A stretch of DNA of 63,219 nucleotides, taken from the NCBI GenBank assembly GCA_021802485.1, contig JAJZXF010000005.1, forward strand, positions 1 through 63,219. Reading direction: 5' to 3'. Positions 55,421 to 63,219 of this stretch are shown in pieces. Position numbers and translations under genes: made by a program. The notes beneath the pieces are model-generated. The model was not told the origin of the DNA. It made no database searches and was given only the letters and a program-made list of their open reading frames with translations. Each line of letters starts with the position of its first letter. Position 1 is the first letter of the stretch. Source of the stretch: Actinomycetes bacterium (GTDB lineage Bacteria; Actinomycetota; Acidimicrobiia; Acidimicrobiales; JAJZXF01).

Positions 55421-56533
55421 GTGGATGCGAGAGTAATACCGCTAGCAGAGCTGACCGCAGCACAGACGGCGGCCTGGGCGGAGCTGTCAGAGCATGCGTT
55501 GGAGCCCAATCCATTCTTCGAGCCGTCGTTTGTCCTGAGCGCGGCCCGTAGGCTTTCACCTGGTGTAAAGCCGGCGATTGTGCTCGTAAGTAGTGGATCG
55601 AAAGTTACCGCGTGCTTGCCCGTGCTGTTTGAGTCCAGGTGGCGCAGCGCACCGTTGCGATGCGTTACGACAAGGCCGACGCTGTCAGCTCAGCTCAATC
55701 GAACGGGGCTCGGGACGCCGTTGGTCGACAGGGAATGCGCGACGGATGCGCTTGGAGCTCTGATTGACGTAGTGCGCGAGCATGGCGGGCGCGACGGGGC
55801 ATCTCTGCTTGCTCTGGAGGTGTTCGGTCCCGGCGGCCCCGTCGAGTACCACCTAACAGAGGCCCTCGCGGATCGGGGAATGCGTGCTTGCCGGTACGAG
55901 GCTTGGACGCGGTCGATGGTGATACGCAGGGATGAACCAACCTATATGGAGGAGGTCTCTAGTCCACGGCATCGAAGGGAGTTGGCACGGCGCAGAAGAC
56001 GGATCGGAGAGGAGCTCGGCGGTGAGCTGGAGCTGGTGGATCGCTCTGGCGACCCATTGGCGCTGGAGCAGTTGCTCGCACTGGAGGCGGTGCGCGGTCG
56101 CGCGGCAGACGAGAGGGTTGACGGAGTTGGCGAGGAATGGTTCCGCGAGCTGTGCAGTCGCTTCAACGATCTGGGAAGATTGAGAGTGCTGTCGCTCGAA
56201 GCAAACGGCCGGCCGGCTGCGATGGCGTGTTACCTTCTGGCTGCAGATGGCATGTTCTGCAGGAGGATCAGCTACGAGCCGAGTGTTGCACGCCACTCAC
56301 CCGGACTCCACCTGGATGTCGCGGTGATCGAGCGGTTCCACAGCGACTTGGCGATGTCATGGATGGACTCGTGCAATCTTCCAGAGGACTCGACTACCTG
56401 GAGCATGTGGCCGGACCGTCGCGAGGTGTCGACGCTACTTGTGCCGCTCCGAAGGGGTACCGGAGACATCGCGGTGCGGACGCTTAAGGCCTTACATGTA
56501 GCAAAGCAGAGGTTGCGTAAGTACCAGCGCTGA
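55421..56533 (+). CDS. CelD/BioF2-like GNAT family acetyltransferase (FemAB-like fold)
   Basis: The N-terminus AAWAELSEHALEPNPFFEPSFVLSAARRL is characteristic of the Acetyltransf_6/CelD family found in EPS and cellulose loci. 370 aa. Confidence 0.7.
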   Translation: MDARVIPLAELTAAQTAAWAELSEHALEPNPFFEPSFVLSAARRLSPGVKPAIVLVSSGSKVTACLPVLFESRWRSAPLRCVTTRPTLSAQLNRTGLGTPLVDRECATDALGALIDVVREHGGRDGASLLALEVFGPGGPVEYHLTEALADRGMRACRYEAWTRSMVIRRDEPTYMEEVSSPRHRRELARRRRRIGEELGGELELVDRSGDPLALEQLLALEAVRGRAADERVDGVGEEWFRELCSRFNDLGRLRVLSLEANGRPAAMACYLLAADGMFCRRISYEPSVARHSPGLHLDVAVIERFHSDLAMSWMDSCNLPEDSTTWSMWPDRREVSTLLVPLRRGTGDIAVRTLKALHVAKQRLRKYQR

Positions 56534-56612
56534 CACGAGGGCGACTGGCAACATTTGCCATCGAGGTCAGGCGGCTAACACGCCTTCGTTGCCCACTCGT
56601 GTTGGCAACAGC

Positions 56613-59600
56613 TCAGGAGCTTTCGATTCTTGCCTTGTAGTCAGTCAACAGCTCAGATGGTGGAACGCCGAGTTCGAGCATTGCTCGTTCCGCGCGCGCG
56701 AGCGCTGACATAGCTCGGCGCCGGTTCCCGCTGTCAGCGTGCAGGCGTGCAGCAAGCAGGTAGTGATGCTCCTCATATGGGTCGATATCTATGAGACGTT
56801 CTAGCATGCTGAGCGCCTCAGCGGTGCGGCCTTCACTGACTGCATCGTTGACTAAGAGGTCCATTAGGTGTAGATGCAGTTGAGCGAGAGACTCTCGTGT
56901 GCTTGCTGCCCAGTCCGCGTAGCGATCTCCCGGAAGGAGTTCACCGCCGTACCAGGACAGAGCCTCGGAGGCCAGTGCGATCGCCTCATCCGGCGCTGCC
57001 TGGCGCGAGAGAGCTCGCTCGGCGAGCGAGCGAAAGGCAGTGATGTCGACCTCGGCTTCCGGAGACATCCTGATGAAGCCGGAGTCGCGGGTCAGGAGGT
57101 CGCCGCATGCGGAGCGGACCCTGAACAGAACATTTCGCAGCCTCCTTGCACCGACACCAGGCTCTGCGTCCGGCCAGAGAAGCTCGACCAGCTCATCGAC
57201 GAGCAGGCGCTGGCGGATTGCGATGATCTTGATCGCCTGGGCGGGAAGGCTCGGGGGGAGTGTGACCTCGATGCCTCGATACTTGAGGCAGAAGCGCCCC
57301 AGCATTGTTACCCGCCATGCTGGATGAGGTCCAGGTTGTTGGGCGTCCCCTACATGTTGACTCGAGCGTTCCGCTGGCATAGTTATAGCGGTCGCACGCC
57401 CGCTGCGGTCTCCAGCGTTGTCCTCGCCCTCGTGGGAGATGTGCTCCTTGGGAGCCGCGATCCAAGGGTCTGCGCGGTAAGTATCGGGAGTTGGAAACGG
57501 GGTTCCCAACTCCCCGTTTGAGCTCCTGAGTTTTTCAATTTCAGCAAGTGCCCGTTCGGCCCATCCGCGCGCGTCGAGCGAAGCGAAGGAGCTTCGGGCG
57601 ATCTCCAGGTGAATTTCAGCATCGGCGACCTGGCCAGCTCGCGCAAGGCGCTGTCCCCACCTCAACTCAATCCGCGCGGCCCGCATAGGCACTTCCTGAG
57701 AGCCCCGGACCGCTTCAGCGAACAATTCTGACGCTTCGGCGACATCAACCGTGAGCATACCGCGCACCTGTGCGTGCCAAGATCTGCCTGTAAGGGCTAC
57801 GCTGATCAGATCGCGCGAGTACTGAGGCGGAGCTTTTTCGAGCAGTTCATTCGCCTCCGAGTGTCGCCCGGACAGAGCGAGCGCCTCGACTAGGGGCGGA
57901 AGCCACACAATGTCAGCGGCGCCTGGTGTCTGGTGGCCAGCGCTGTCGAGCGTTTCGCGAGGAGCTGGCGTAGCTTCCCTGCGAGCTGCGCTGAGCCAGG
58001 CAGCAGCAGCTCCTGCATCGCCTCGTTGAAGTTCCAGCTCTCCGAGTGCAGCTAGAGCGCGGGAGCGGGAATTGGAACCATAGGCCGCTGGAATTGCAAG
58101 CACCCTGGTGGCGTGTTCGAAGCACCTTTCGCGCAGACCGAGAGCGGCTTCGAGCTCCACCTGAAGAGCAAGTGCTTGCGAGGCGAGAATTCCCTGGCCG
58201 CTAGCTTCAGCGTGTTTGTGAGCTGCTTCACAGATTGCGAGGCCGTCGTCGATGTGACCTTGGTGAAACGCTACACAGGCGCGCACGATAAGCGCCGCAG
58301 AAAGGAGCGGGCGGTCTCGTGCACCGTTAGCGCATCGTTCAGTCCAGGCTACCCATCGGGCGGCTTGGACTACCAGTGCATTCTCGAGAAGGCCAAGTCC
58401 GAGCGTGAGTGCAAGCTGCGGGGAACCGGCGAAACCCTGTGTCTGGCTCATTATGACGGTCGTTGCTTGCGATGCCCGCGAGCTAATGTCCGATGTCCCA
58501 GTTGAACTCGGGTGCTCAACTGAGTCGTAGGTTCCGCCAGCAGTTTCAGCGACCGCGAGTATCGCGGAGGCAAGCGCCTCTGAGTGGTCGCTCGCTGACT
58601 GAGCGACTTGCATTGCAGACTGAGCGGCTTGGATTGCTTCGCTGTAGTCTCCGGCCAACAAATTGCACGCGGCAGAGTCTGCGAGCATGACCACTGCGCG
58701 ATGTGGTGCGAAACTTTCGCTCGCACGTCCAGCTGCAAGCAGCTCAGCAGCTACATGCGGGCCGACGTCGCGAGCAAGTCGAGCCCTTGCTCGCCAGTAG
58801 CTCACATCTGCCCTGGTGGCATCTGAGACAGCCAGGAGTATCGCACGGTCGAGGCAGTTGACCGCTCGTTCCACCCATCCTTCCTGGGTCCAGATTCGGG
58901 CTGCCACCGTCAGGTGGTGTGCTGCTCCGTCTGGCTCAACGGCGAAGTCCGATGCCATCTCCTCATTTGCCGCCGCAGTTGTCGGATCATTGCGGCTTAG
59001 TGCGATGTGTGATGCCTGGGCGAGCAGTCTCGTGACGCGCCCGCTCTTGCCTGAAGTTCCAGCTGCGGCGTGAACGACGGTTCGCTCGATGTCTCCTCTT
59101 GCGGAAAAGGCCCGGGCGAGTGCGTCGTGGGCTTCAAGTTGCAGATCTTCGCCAGCCAGCTGAAATGCTGCCGCTGCGACCAGCGGATGGTCGAAGTGGA
59201 CACGGCCATTTCTCGTCGTTATCACCCCAGCCTCAAGAGCTGGTTCTATGAGGTCCTCCAGCGTCCCAGGGTGGTCGCCACTCAGGTGGTCGATCGCAGT
59301 CTCCGCGACGCCGAGCGGCAGCTCGGAGCCCGCGGCAACTACGCAAAGGGCGTCCCTCGTGGCCTGCGGAAGGCTTGACAAACACCGTCCAAACGTGGAC
59401 GCAAGGGACGTGCCGATACGCAAGGGGGCGGGTAGTGGCCGCCACCCGCCGAGTTCGTCGTTGCTCAGGCGCGCACACGCATCGATCGTCGCGCATGGAT
59501 TTCCGAGTGTCCGGTCGACGACCGTCCTGAGCACTCTTCGCGTAGGGCGCACCGTTGCCTGGCTGTCGATCAAGAAACTCGCTTGCTCTAGGCTCAGGCC

Positions 59601-60326
59601 ATCAAGGTGGTGCTCGTTTAGGCGCGCAAAGTCTGGCTCAGGGAGCTGCAAATGGGGAATGTCGGACCACGCGAGTACAACCGCAATTGGCTCATGTTGG
59701 ATTTGGAGTGCAGCCTGCACGAGTGCAGAGGTGAACTGCTCGGGCAACCACTGGGCGTCGTCTACCACCACGAGGACCGGCGAAGAGGTTGAGGTTGCTG
59801 CTCGACGAAAAAGTTCGAGTAGCACGACAGTCAAGGAGGTTGTCGGAGCGCTCTGGCTTGCCGTATCGCGTCTGACCTCCCTTGCGATGCCGGTGACGCT
59901 TGCTTCGACTGCGTTCGGAAAATGGCCGTCGCGTGTGAGGGATGCAAGGGTTCGTCGCAGTCGGAGCTCGGGATCGACTTCGTCGTCATCGCTCCCACAC
60001 AATCGGAAGACATTGAGGTCAGCGGCCATTGCTGCCGCGGACTCCAACAGGGCCGTCTTGCCTGTTCCGGGCTCTCCCCTCAACACGACGCCACCACCAC
60101 TTCCAGCTCGGGCCGAACTAACAAGGCTGGCAATGTTCGTGAGCTCTATCTCGCGACCGACAAGTCCTTCGTGAAAAGCCTGACCTTCGCCCCAGCGGCC
60201 TGCGGCGAGGCTGGAAGCGCCGTACGCCGTTGAGTCGTTTGGCATCGGATCCGCTGTGCTAGCGCGAGGAGGCACCACTCGGGTCGGTTCGTGCATGCGA
60301 TATCCGCTTGGCCCCGCTAAGTCCAC
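56613..60326 (-). CDS. 1237-aa regulator with an N-terminal AAA/STAND-like ATPase, a central TPR-like region, and a C-terminal OmpR-type winged helix plus BTAD (SARP module)
   Basis: Walker A LRGEPGTGKTALLE and Walker B VLVVVDDAQWL. A long helical repeat region follows. The C-terminus reads WRVTMLGRFCLKYRGIEVTLP...LVELLWPD...RLRNVLFRVR and then WYGGELLPGDRYADWA...EHHYLLAARLHADSGNRRRAMSALARAERAMLELGVPPS (BTAD). Confidence 0.8.
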   Translation of the reverse strand: MDLAGPSGYRMHEPTRVVPPRASTADPMPNDSTAYGASSLAAGRWGEGQAFHEGLVGREIELTNIASLVSSARAGSGGGVVLRGEPGTGKTALLESAAAMAADLNVFRLCGSDDDEVDPELRLRRTLASLTRDGHFPNAVEASVTGIAREVRRDTASQSAPTTSLTVVLLELFRRAATSTSSPVLVVVDDAQWLPEQFTSALVQAALQIQHEPIAVVLAWSDIPHLQLPEPDFARLNEHHLDGLSLEQASFLIDSQATVRPTRRVLRTVVDRTLGNPCATIDACARLSNDELGGWRPLPAPLRIGTSLASTFGRCLSSLPQATRDALCVVAAGSELPLGVAETAIDHLSGDHPGTLEDLIEPALEAGVITTRNGRVHFDHPLVAAAAFQLAGEDLQLEAHDALARAFSARGDIERTVVHAAAGTSGKSGRVTRLLAQASHIALSRNDPTTAAANEEMASDFAVEPDGAAHHLTVAARIWTQEGWVERAVNCLDRAILLAVSDATRADVSYWRARARLARDVGPHVAAELLAAGRASESFAPHRAVVMLADSAACNLLAGDYSEAIQAAQSAMQVAQSASDHSEALASAILAVAETAGGTYDSVEHPSSTGTSDISSRASQATTVIMSQTQGFAGSPQLALTLGLGLLENALVVQAARWVAWTERCANGARDRPLLSAALIVRACVAFHQGHIDDGLAICEAAHKHAEASGQGILASQALALQVELEAALGLRERCFEHATRVLAIPAAYGSNSRSRALAALGELELQRGDAGAAAAWLSAARREATPAPRETLDSAGHQTPGAADIVWLPPLVEALALSGRHSEANELLEKAPPQYSRDLISVALTGRSWHAQVRGMLTVDVAEASELFAEAVRGSQEVPMRAARIELRWGQRLARAGQVADAEIHLEIARSSFASLDARGWAERALAEIEKLRSSNGELGTPFPTPDTYRADPWIAAPKEHISHEGEDNAGDRSGRATAITMPAERSSQHVGDAQQPGPHPAWRVTMLGRFCLKYRGIEVTLPPSLPAQAIKIIAIRQRLLVDELVELLWPDAEPGVGARRLRNVLFRVRSACGDLLTRDSGFIRMSPEAEVDITAFRSLAERALSRQAAPDEAIALASEALSWYGGELLPGDRYADWAASTRESLAQLHLHLMDLLVNDAVSEGRTAEALSMLERLIDIDPYEEHHYLLAARLHADSGNRRRAMSALARAERAMLELGVPPSELLTDYKARIESS

Positions 60327-60782
60327 TGCTGTCTTGCTCCCGTGACGTCGTCAATATCCTCGTTCAGGCCGCTTCTCACAGGCCCGAGCGTGGACAGCAA
60401 CCGAAGTGTCTCGCCGCACGCGCCTTTACCCGGCCCGCAGGTGGCGCTTGATTCACCCTCGTGTTATCGGCACTCTGATGTGCATTCTATAGGAAAAGAT
60501 GATGCAATGCCGCCGGTGGCACTGGCTTGTCTCGCCGCAGGCATTACCTGGTGCCTACTGGACGCGGGGGCAAGGATGTGTGACACTGCAGGAAGGTAAG
60601 GACAAAGGGGGACAATGCAACATTGCGTGTTGTGACCTCTGGTCGGATATGCCAGGTATGTATAGGTCGGGTATGGGAACTTGAGTGTGGACCGCAGGAG
60701 GAACACTGCAGTAGGAGTGAGGCGCGCTGGTGTTGTTCGCGAGCGTGTGCTTGGGACGAGCAAGGCGGATCAATCTGCGAGG

Positions 60783-62540
60783 ATGTTTCCTGCACTTGTC
60801 GTCGGGGTGATGGCCGTCGTGGTGATGGTTTCCGGCGTGGTGGCATATCCAGCGCTTGCAGGCGCTCTCGGGGTGCCGGCCCGAAGAGCCGGGCGATCAG
60901 CTCGATCAGAGAAAGTATCTGCGCGAGCTACGCGATCCGCTTTGAGCTCTGGTTCTACTACCGCATGGACTGCGGTTCCTAGCATGAACACATCGCTATT
61001 TCGGAGCAACCATCTCCGTGGTGTGTCATGTGCGACCTCTACTTTCTGCGTCGCAGTCGGTTACTTCGACAACGGCTTTGTTGATCAAACTCTGATTGAA
61101 CAGTACAACGGAAGGGTGTGGACTCAGGTTGCGAGCCCTGACACCTCGCAGCTTCAAGCCAATGTGCTCAGCGATGTTTCGTGCGCAAGTCTCGCTTACT
61201 GCGTAGCGGTTGGCTTTTATAGCAATGGATTTTGGGATGAACCACTGGTCGAAGCGTTCGGTGGCGCAGGTTGGGAGATTGTCACGGGCGAAGGCGATAG
61301 CGCTGCGGGCTCGCAGAAGCTTTACGGGGTGTCCTGTGCAATCCCAGGCAACTGCGCACTTGTCGGAGATAGTTTGGCGAATGGGGCCTGGCGATCGCTA
61401 GTTGGAGCATTCCAGGCAGGATCCTGGTCAGTGTCAGCCGGTCACCAGGGCATCCTGTACGGGGTCTCGTGCGTAGCCTCGAACTACTGCGTTGCGGTCG
61501 GAGACCGGGTCGAGCTGGAGGCATGGCAAGCGCTGATCATGACCTATGACGGGACGCTCTGGTCGCTGCAGACAGCCCCCGATACGTCAGCATCCCAGGC
61601 GAACATCCTCCGAAGTGTGTCATGTCCAAGTGTAAGTTTCTGCGTCGCTGCAGGATCCGTGTGGAGCGGAATACTCTGGCAGACACTGGTCGACACCTGG
61701 AACGGTGCTGTATGGTCGATCAGCCTCACTCCTGACACTCCGTTCCCAGACAACGACTACCTCTACGGGGTCTCGTGCTCAACCTCTATCTACTGTGTAG
61801 CGGTGGGCGCTCATGTTACCCATGGGCTGATCGAGACCTACCATGCAGGTGTCTGGTCAATAACCCCGAGTCCTGATAGTTCGCTAGCTTCATGGGACGT
61901 GTTCTGGGGTGCATCATGCGCGCACCATGGAGGCTGTGTTGCTGCTGGGACGCGTGGGATATTCGACGGGACGGTGCGCCAGACGTTTGTCGAACGCTCA
62001 GGCACTCCCGGAGCCCAGGGGTACTGGATCGCCCTGTCAAACGGTGCGATTCTCGGCTTCGGAAACGGGTACACTTACGGCTCAGCCGCCAGCATCTTCC
62101 AGGGTGCCTCGGGCGGTGGGGGTCAGTCTCCGATTGTTGGCGTCGCAAGGGGGCCTAACGCTCTCGGCTACTGGGAGGTGGCCTCTGACGGTGGCATCTT
62201 CGCACTCGGTGACGCGAAGTTCTACGGCTCCATCGGAGGAGCGGTGTTGAATGCCCCGGTAGTTGGAATCGCTGCTACGCCCGGTGGCCATGGCTACTGG
62301 GAGGTGGCCTCCGACGGCGGCATCTTTGCATTCGGCAGCGCGAAGTTCTACGGATCCATGGGCGCAAGGCACCTCGACAAACCCGTCGTCGGAATCGCTG
62401 CTACGCCCGGTGGGCATGGCTACTGGGAGGTGGCCTCCGACGGCGGCATCTTTGCATTCGGCAGCGCGAAGTTCTACGGCTCGACTGGGGGCGATCGGCT
62501 ATACGCGAAAGTGACGGGCATCGCCTCGACCGGTAGCTGA
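60783..62540 (+). CDS. Secreted two-domain repeat protein: seven Cys-pair blades (propeller-like) plus four GYWEVASDGGIFAFG repeats
   Basis: It has a signal/TM segment (MFPALVVGVMAVVVMVSGVVAYPALA). Seven ~45-50-aa repeats follow, each containing VSCxxxxxCxAVG. Then come four ~42-aa repeats GYW(E/I)(V/A)xSDGGIFAxGxAKFYGS. The tracked ORF begins at 60681. Confidence 0.75.
   Translation: MFPALVVGVMAVVVMVSGVVAYPALAGALGVPARRAGRSARSEKVSARATRSALSSGSTTAWTAVPSMNTSLFRSNHLRGVSCATSTFCVAVGYFDNGFVDQTLIEQYNGRVWTQVASPDTSQLQANVLSDVSCASLAYCVAVGFYSNGFWDEPLVEAFGGAGWEIVTGEGDSAAGSQKLYGVSCAIPGNCALVGDSLANGAWRSLVGAFQAGSWSVSAGHQGILYGVSCVASNYCVAVGDRVELEAWQALIMTYDGTLWSLQTAPDTSASQANILRSVSCPSVSFCVAAGSVWSGILWQTLVDTWNGAVWSISLTPDTPFPDNDYLYGVSCSTSIYCVAVGAHVTHGLIETYHAGVWSITPSPDSSLASWDVFWGASCAHHGGCVAAGTRGIFDGTVRQTFVERSGTPGAQGYWIALSNGAILGFGNGYTYGSAASIFQGASGGGGQSPIVGVARGPNALGYWEVASDGGIFALGDAKFYGSIGGAVLNAPVVGIAATPGGHGYWEVASDGGIFAFGSAKFYGSMGARHLDKPVVGIAATPGGHGYWEVASDGGIFAFGSAKFYGSTGGDRLYAKVTGIASTGS
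62265..62479 (+). repeat. Near-identical intragenic tandem duplication (89-bp cores 88/89 identical, 126-bp period)
   Basis: ggaatcgctgctacgcccggtgg(c/g)catggctactgggaggtggcctccgacggcggcatctttgcattcggcagcgcgaagttctacgg occurs at 62265-62353 and 62391-62479. Confidence 0.9.
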
Positions 62541-62553
62541 GAAGTGCAGGGAT

Positions 62554-62609
62554 CTCGTAGCTGATCTGGTCTCGTAGCTGATCTGGTCTCGTAGCCGATC
62601 GGCTACGAG
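62554..62609 (+). terminator. Two 17-bp tandem repeats running into a perfect 22-bp palindrome just after the repeat-protein stop
   Basis: ctcgtagctgatctggt occurs twice (62554-62570, 62571-62587), then ctcgtagccgatcggctacgag (62588-62609) is a perfect inverted repeat. The terminator role is inferred from position only. Confidence 0.45.
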
Positions 62610-62634
62610 ACGGCGTTCTCGGTCTGATCGTCCG

Positions 62635-63219
62635 GTTGTGGGCGCTATCTCGGCCCTTCAGGGCCGAAATAGCGAACATCGTACTGGGCTGCTGGTAGGC
62701 GGTGACGACACGTCTCGCTTGCTTACTGCGGGATTTTCTGGCGAGCAATGTACTCCGAGATGACCAACAGAGGCACACCACGACAGGACCCTGCGAAGTA
62801 CGACGGCGATCAGAGGTGTCCTTTCCACAGGAACTTCGAGACGTGACGGGGGAACTCTTTTCCCAGGATGCGGGCCGACACGCGCTTTGGGCTGTTTGCG
62901 AGGATAGAGATCTGCACAGTGGGTGGATACTAGACAAGCAGATGTACGTGGTCCTCCACGACGTTGAACTCAGTGAGGGTTGTGTGACAAGTCCTCGCAG
63001 GTTTCCAACATGGGTCTCGTGACAATGAGGAAGGTTCTTCGCTAAGGCGCGACGTCACTACTTGGTCACAAATACCAAGTGGACAGGAAGATTCCCCTCT
63101 GTGCCAACCTTGGCTTGGACAGTTCCCAACCCGAAATGTCTGAGCCACGAGGGTGACCAAGGAGCGAGAACGTTGCAATCGAAGAATCCCGTTGAGGGAG
63201 CTGAACAGCCGGTCGAGCC
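62635..63219. mobile_element. IS200/IS605-family element, copy 3 (partial, runs off the window), inverted relative to copy 2
   Basis: The end hairpin GCTATCTCGGC-ccttcagg-GCCGAAATAGC at 62644-62673 and the flanking gcccacaa are homologous to the copy-2 tnpA-side end. The tnpA remnant follows on the minus strand. Confidence 0.7.
62723..63120 (-). pseudogene. tnpA: IS200/IS605 TnpA, decayed (copy 3)
   Basis: HLVFVTK, LTEFNVVEDHVHLLV, YPPTVQISILANS, VSARILGKEFPRHVSKFLWKGHL and SPSYFAGS...LVISEYIARQ segments are interrupted by stops at positions different from copy 2: TAG after HLLV at 62930-62932, TGA replacing Trp at 62810-62812, and TAG TGA after VFVTK. Confidence 0.75.

Noticed and set aside
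1-63219. Scan for CRISPR arrays, rRNA genes, retron- or DGR-like repeats and obvious defence-system genes.
   Set aside because: No regularly spaced direct repeats with unique spacers are visible. There are no rRNA-like segments and no reverse transcriptase motifs. No recognisable nuclease or helicase defence genes are present apart from the TnpB copies. The only template/variable-like repeats are the intragenic tandem repeats at 62265-62479.

Overview
This is a high-GC (roughly 60%) chromosomal window of actinobacterial type. The evidence for that is a mycothiol-amidase-like gene and the classic tRNA-Ser / SRP-RNA / dnaX / recR synteny; an Acidimicrobiia-like origin is a guess only. All calls come from reading the ORF translations and the DNA by eye; no database search was run. 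From left to right the window contains:
- **1-5.8 kb:** a housekeeping core (recR, dnaX, ffs, tRNA-Ala, tRNA-Ser) surrounded by decayed mobile DNA. This includes an IS630 transposase tail, two broken tyrosine-integrase remnants next to tRNA genes, and a (CTC)11 microsatellite.
- **5.9-15.5 kb:** an ATP-grasp gene, mca, a tightly coupled pspA-pspAA-htpX envelope-stress module plus an associated hypothetical, an aldo/keto reductase, a second tRNA-Ser, and SCP2 and YdjC/ChbG-family genes.
- **15.9-18.1 kb:** an IS200/IS605 element with intact tnpA and a frameshifted tnpB.
- **18.5-25 kb:** bioB with a small zinc-ribbon partner (bsaP-like), a zinc-ribbon membrane protein, an amidohydrolase and two SDRs.
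- **25.6-34.2 kb:** a seven-gene, translationally coupled operon. It combines a Tat-exported NrfC-like FeS protein, an NrfD-like quinone-interacting membrane subunit, an Ig-like membrane anchor, a lipoprotein, a NapH-like polyferredoxin and a GltD-like NAD(P)H flavoprotein. No molybdopterin or haem catalytic subunit is present. I consider this the best candidate for an undescribed system.
- **35-56.5 kb:** an exopolysaccharide locus with unusual fusion proteins, namely a 1291-aa Wzy-like / nucleotidyltransferase / Wzx-like fusion and a V4R-sensor / Wzz-like / degenerate-kinase fusion. It also holds an active and a degenerate GGDEF protein, and is interrupted by a second IS605-type element that has an intact tnpB but a decayed tnpA.
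- **56.6-63.2 kb:** a 1237-aa AAA-TPR-SARP regulator, a Cys-rich propeller-like secreted repeat protein, and a third decayed IS605 tnpA copy at the right edge.

No rRNA genes or CRISPR arrays were seen.
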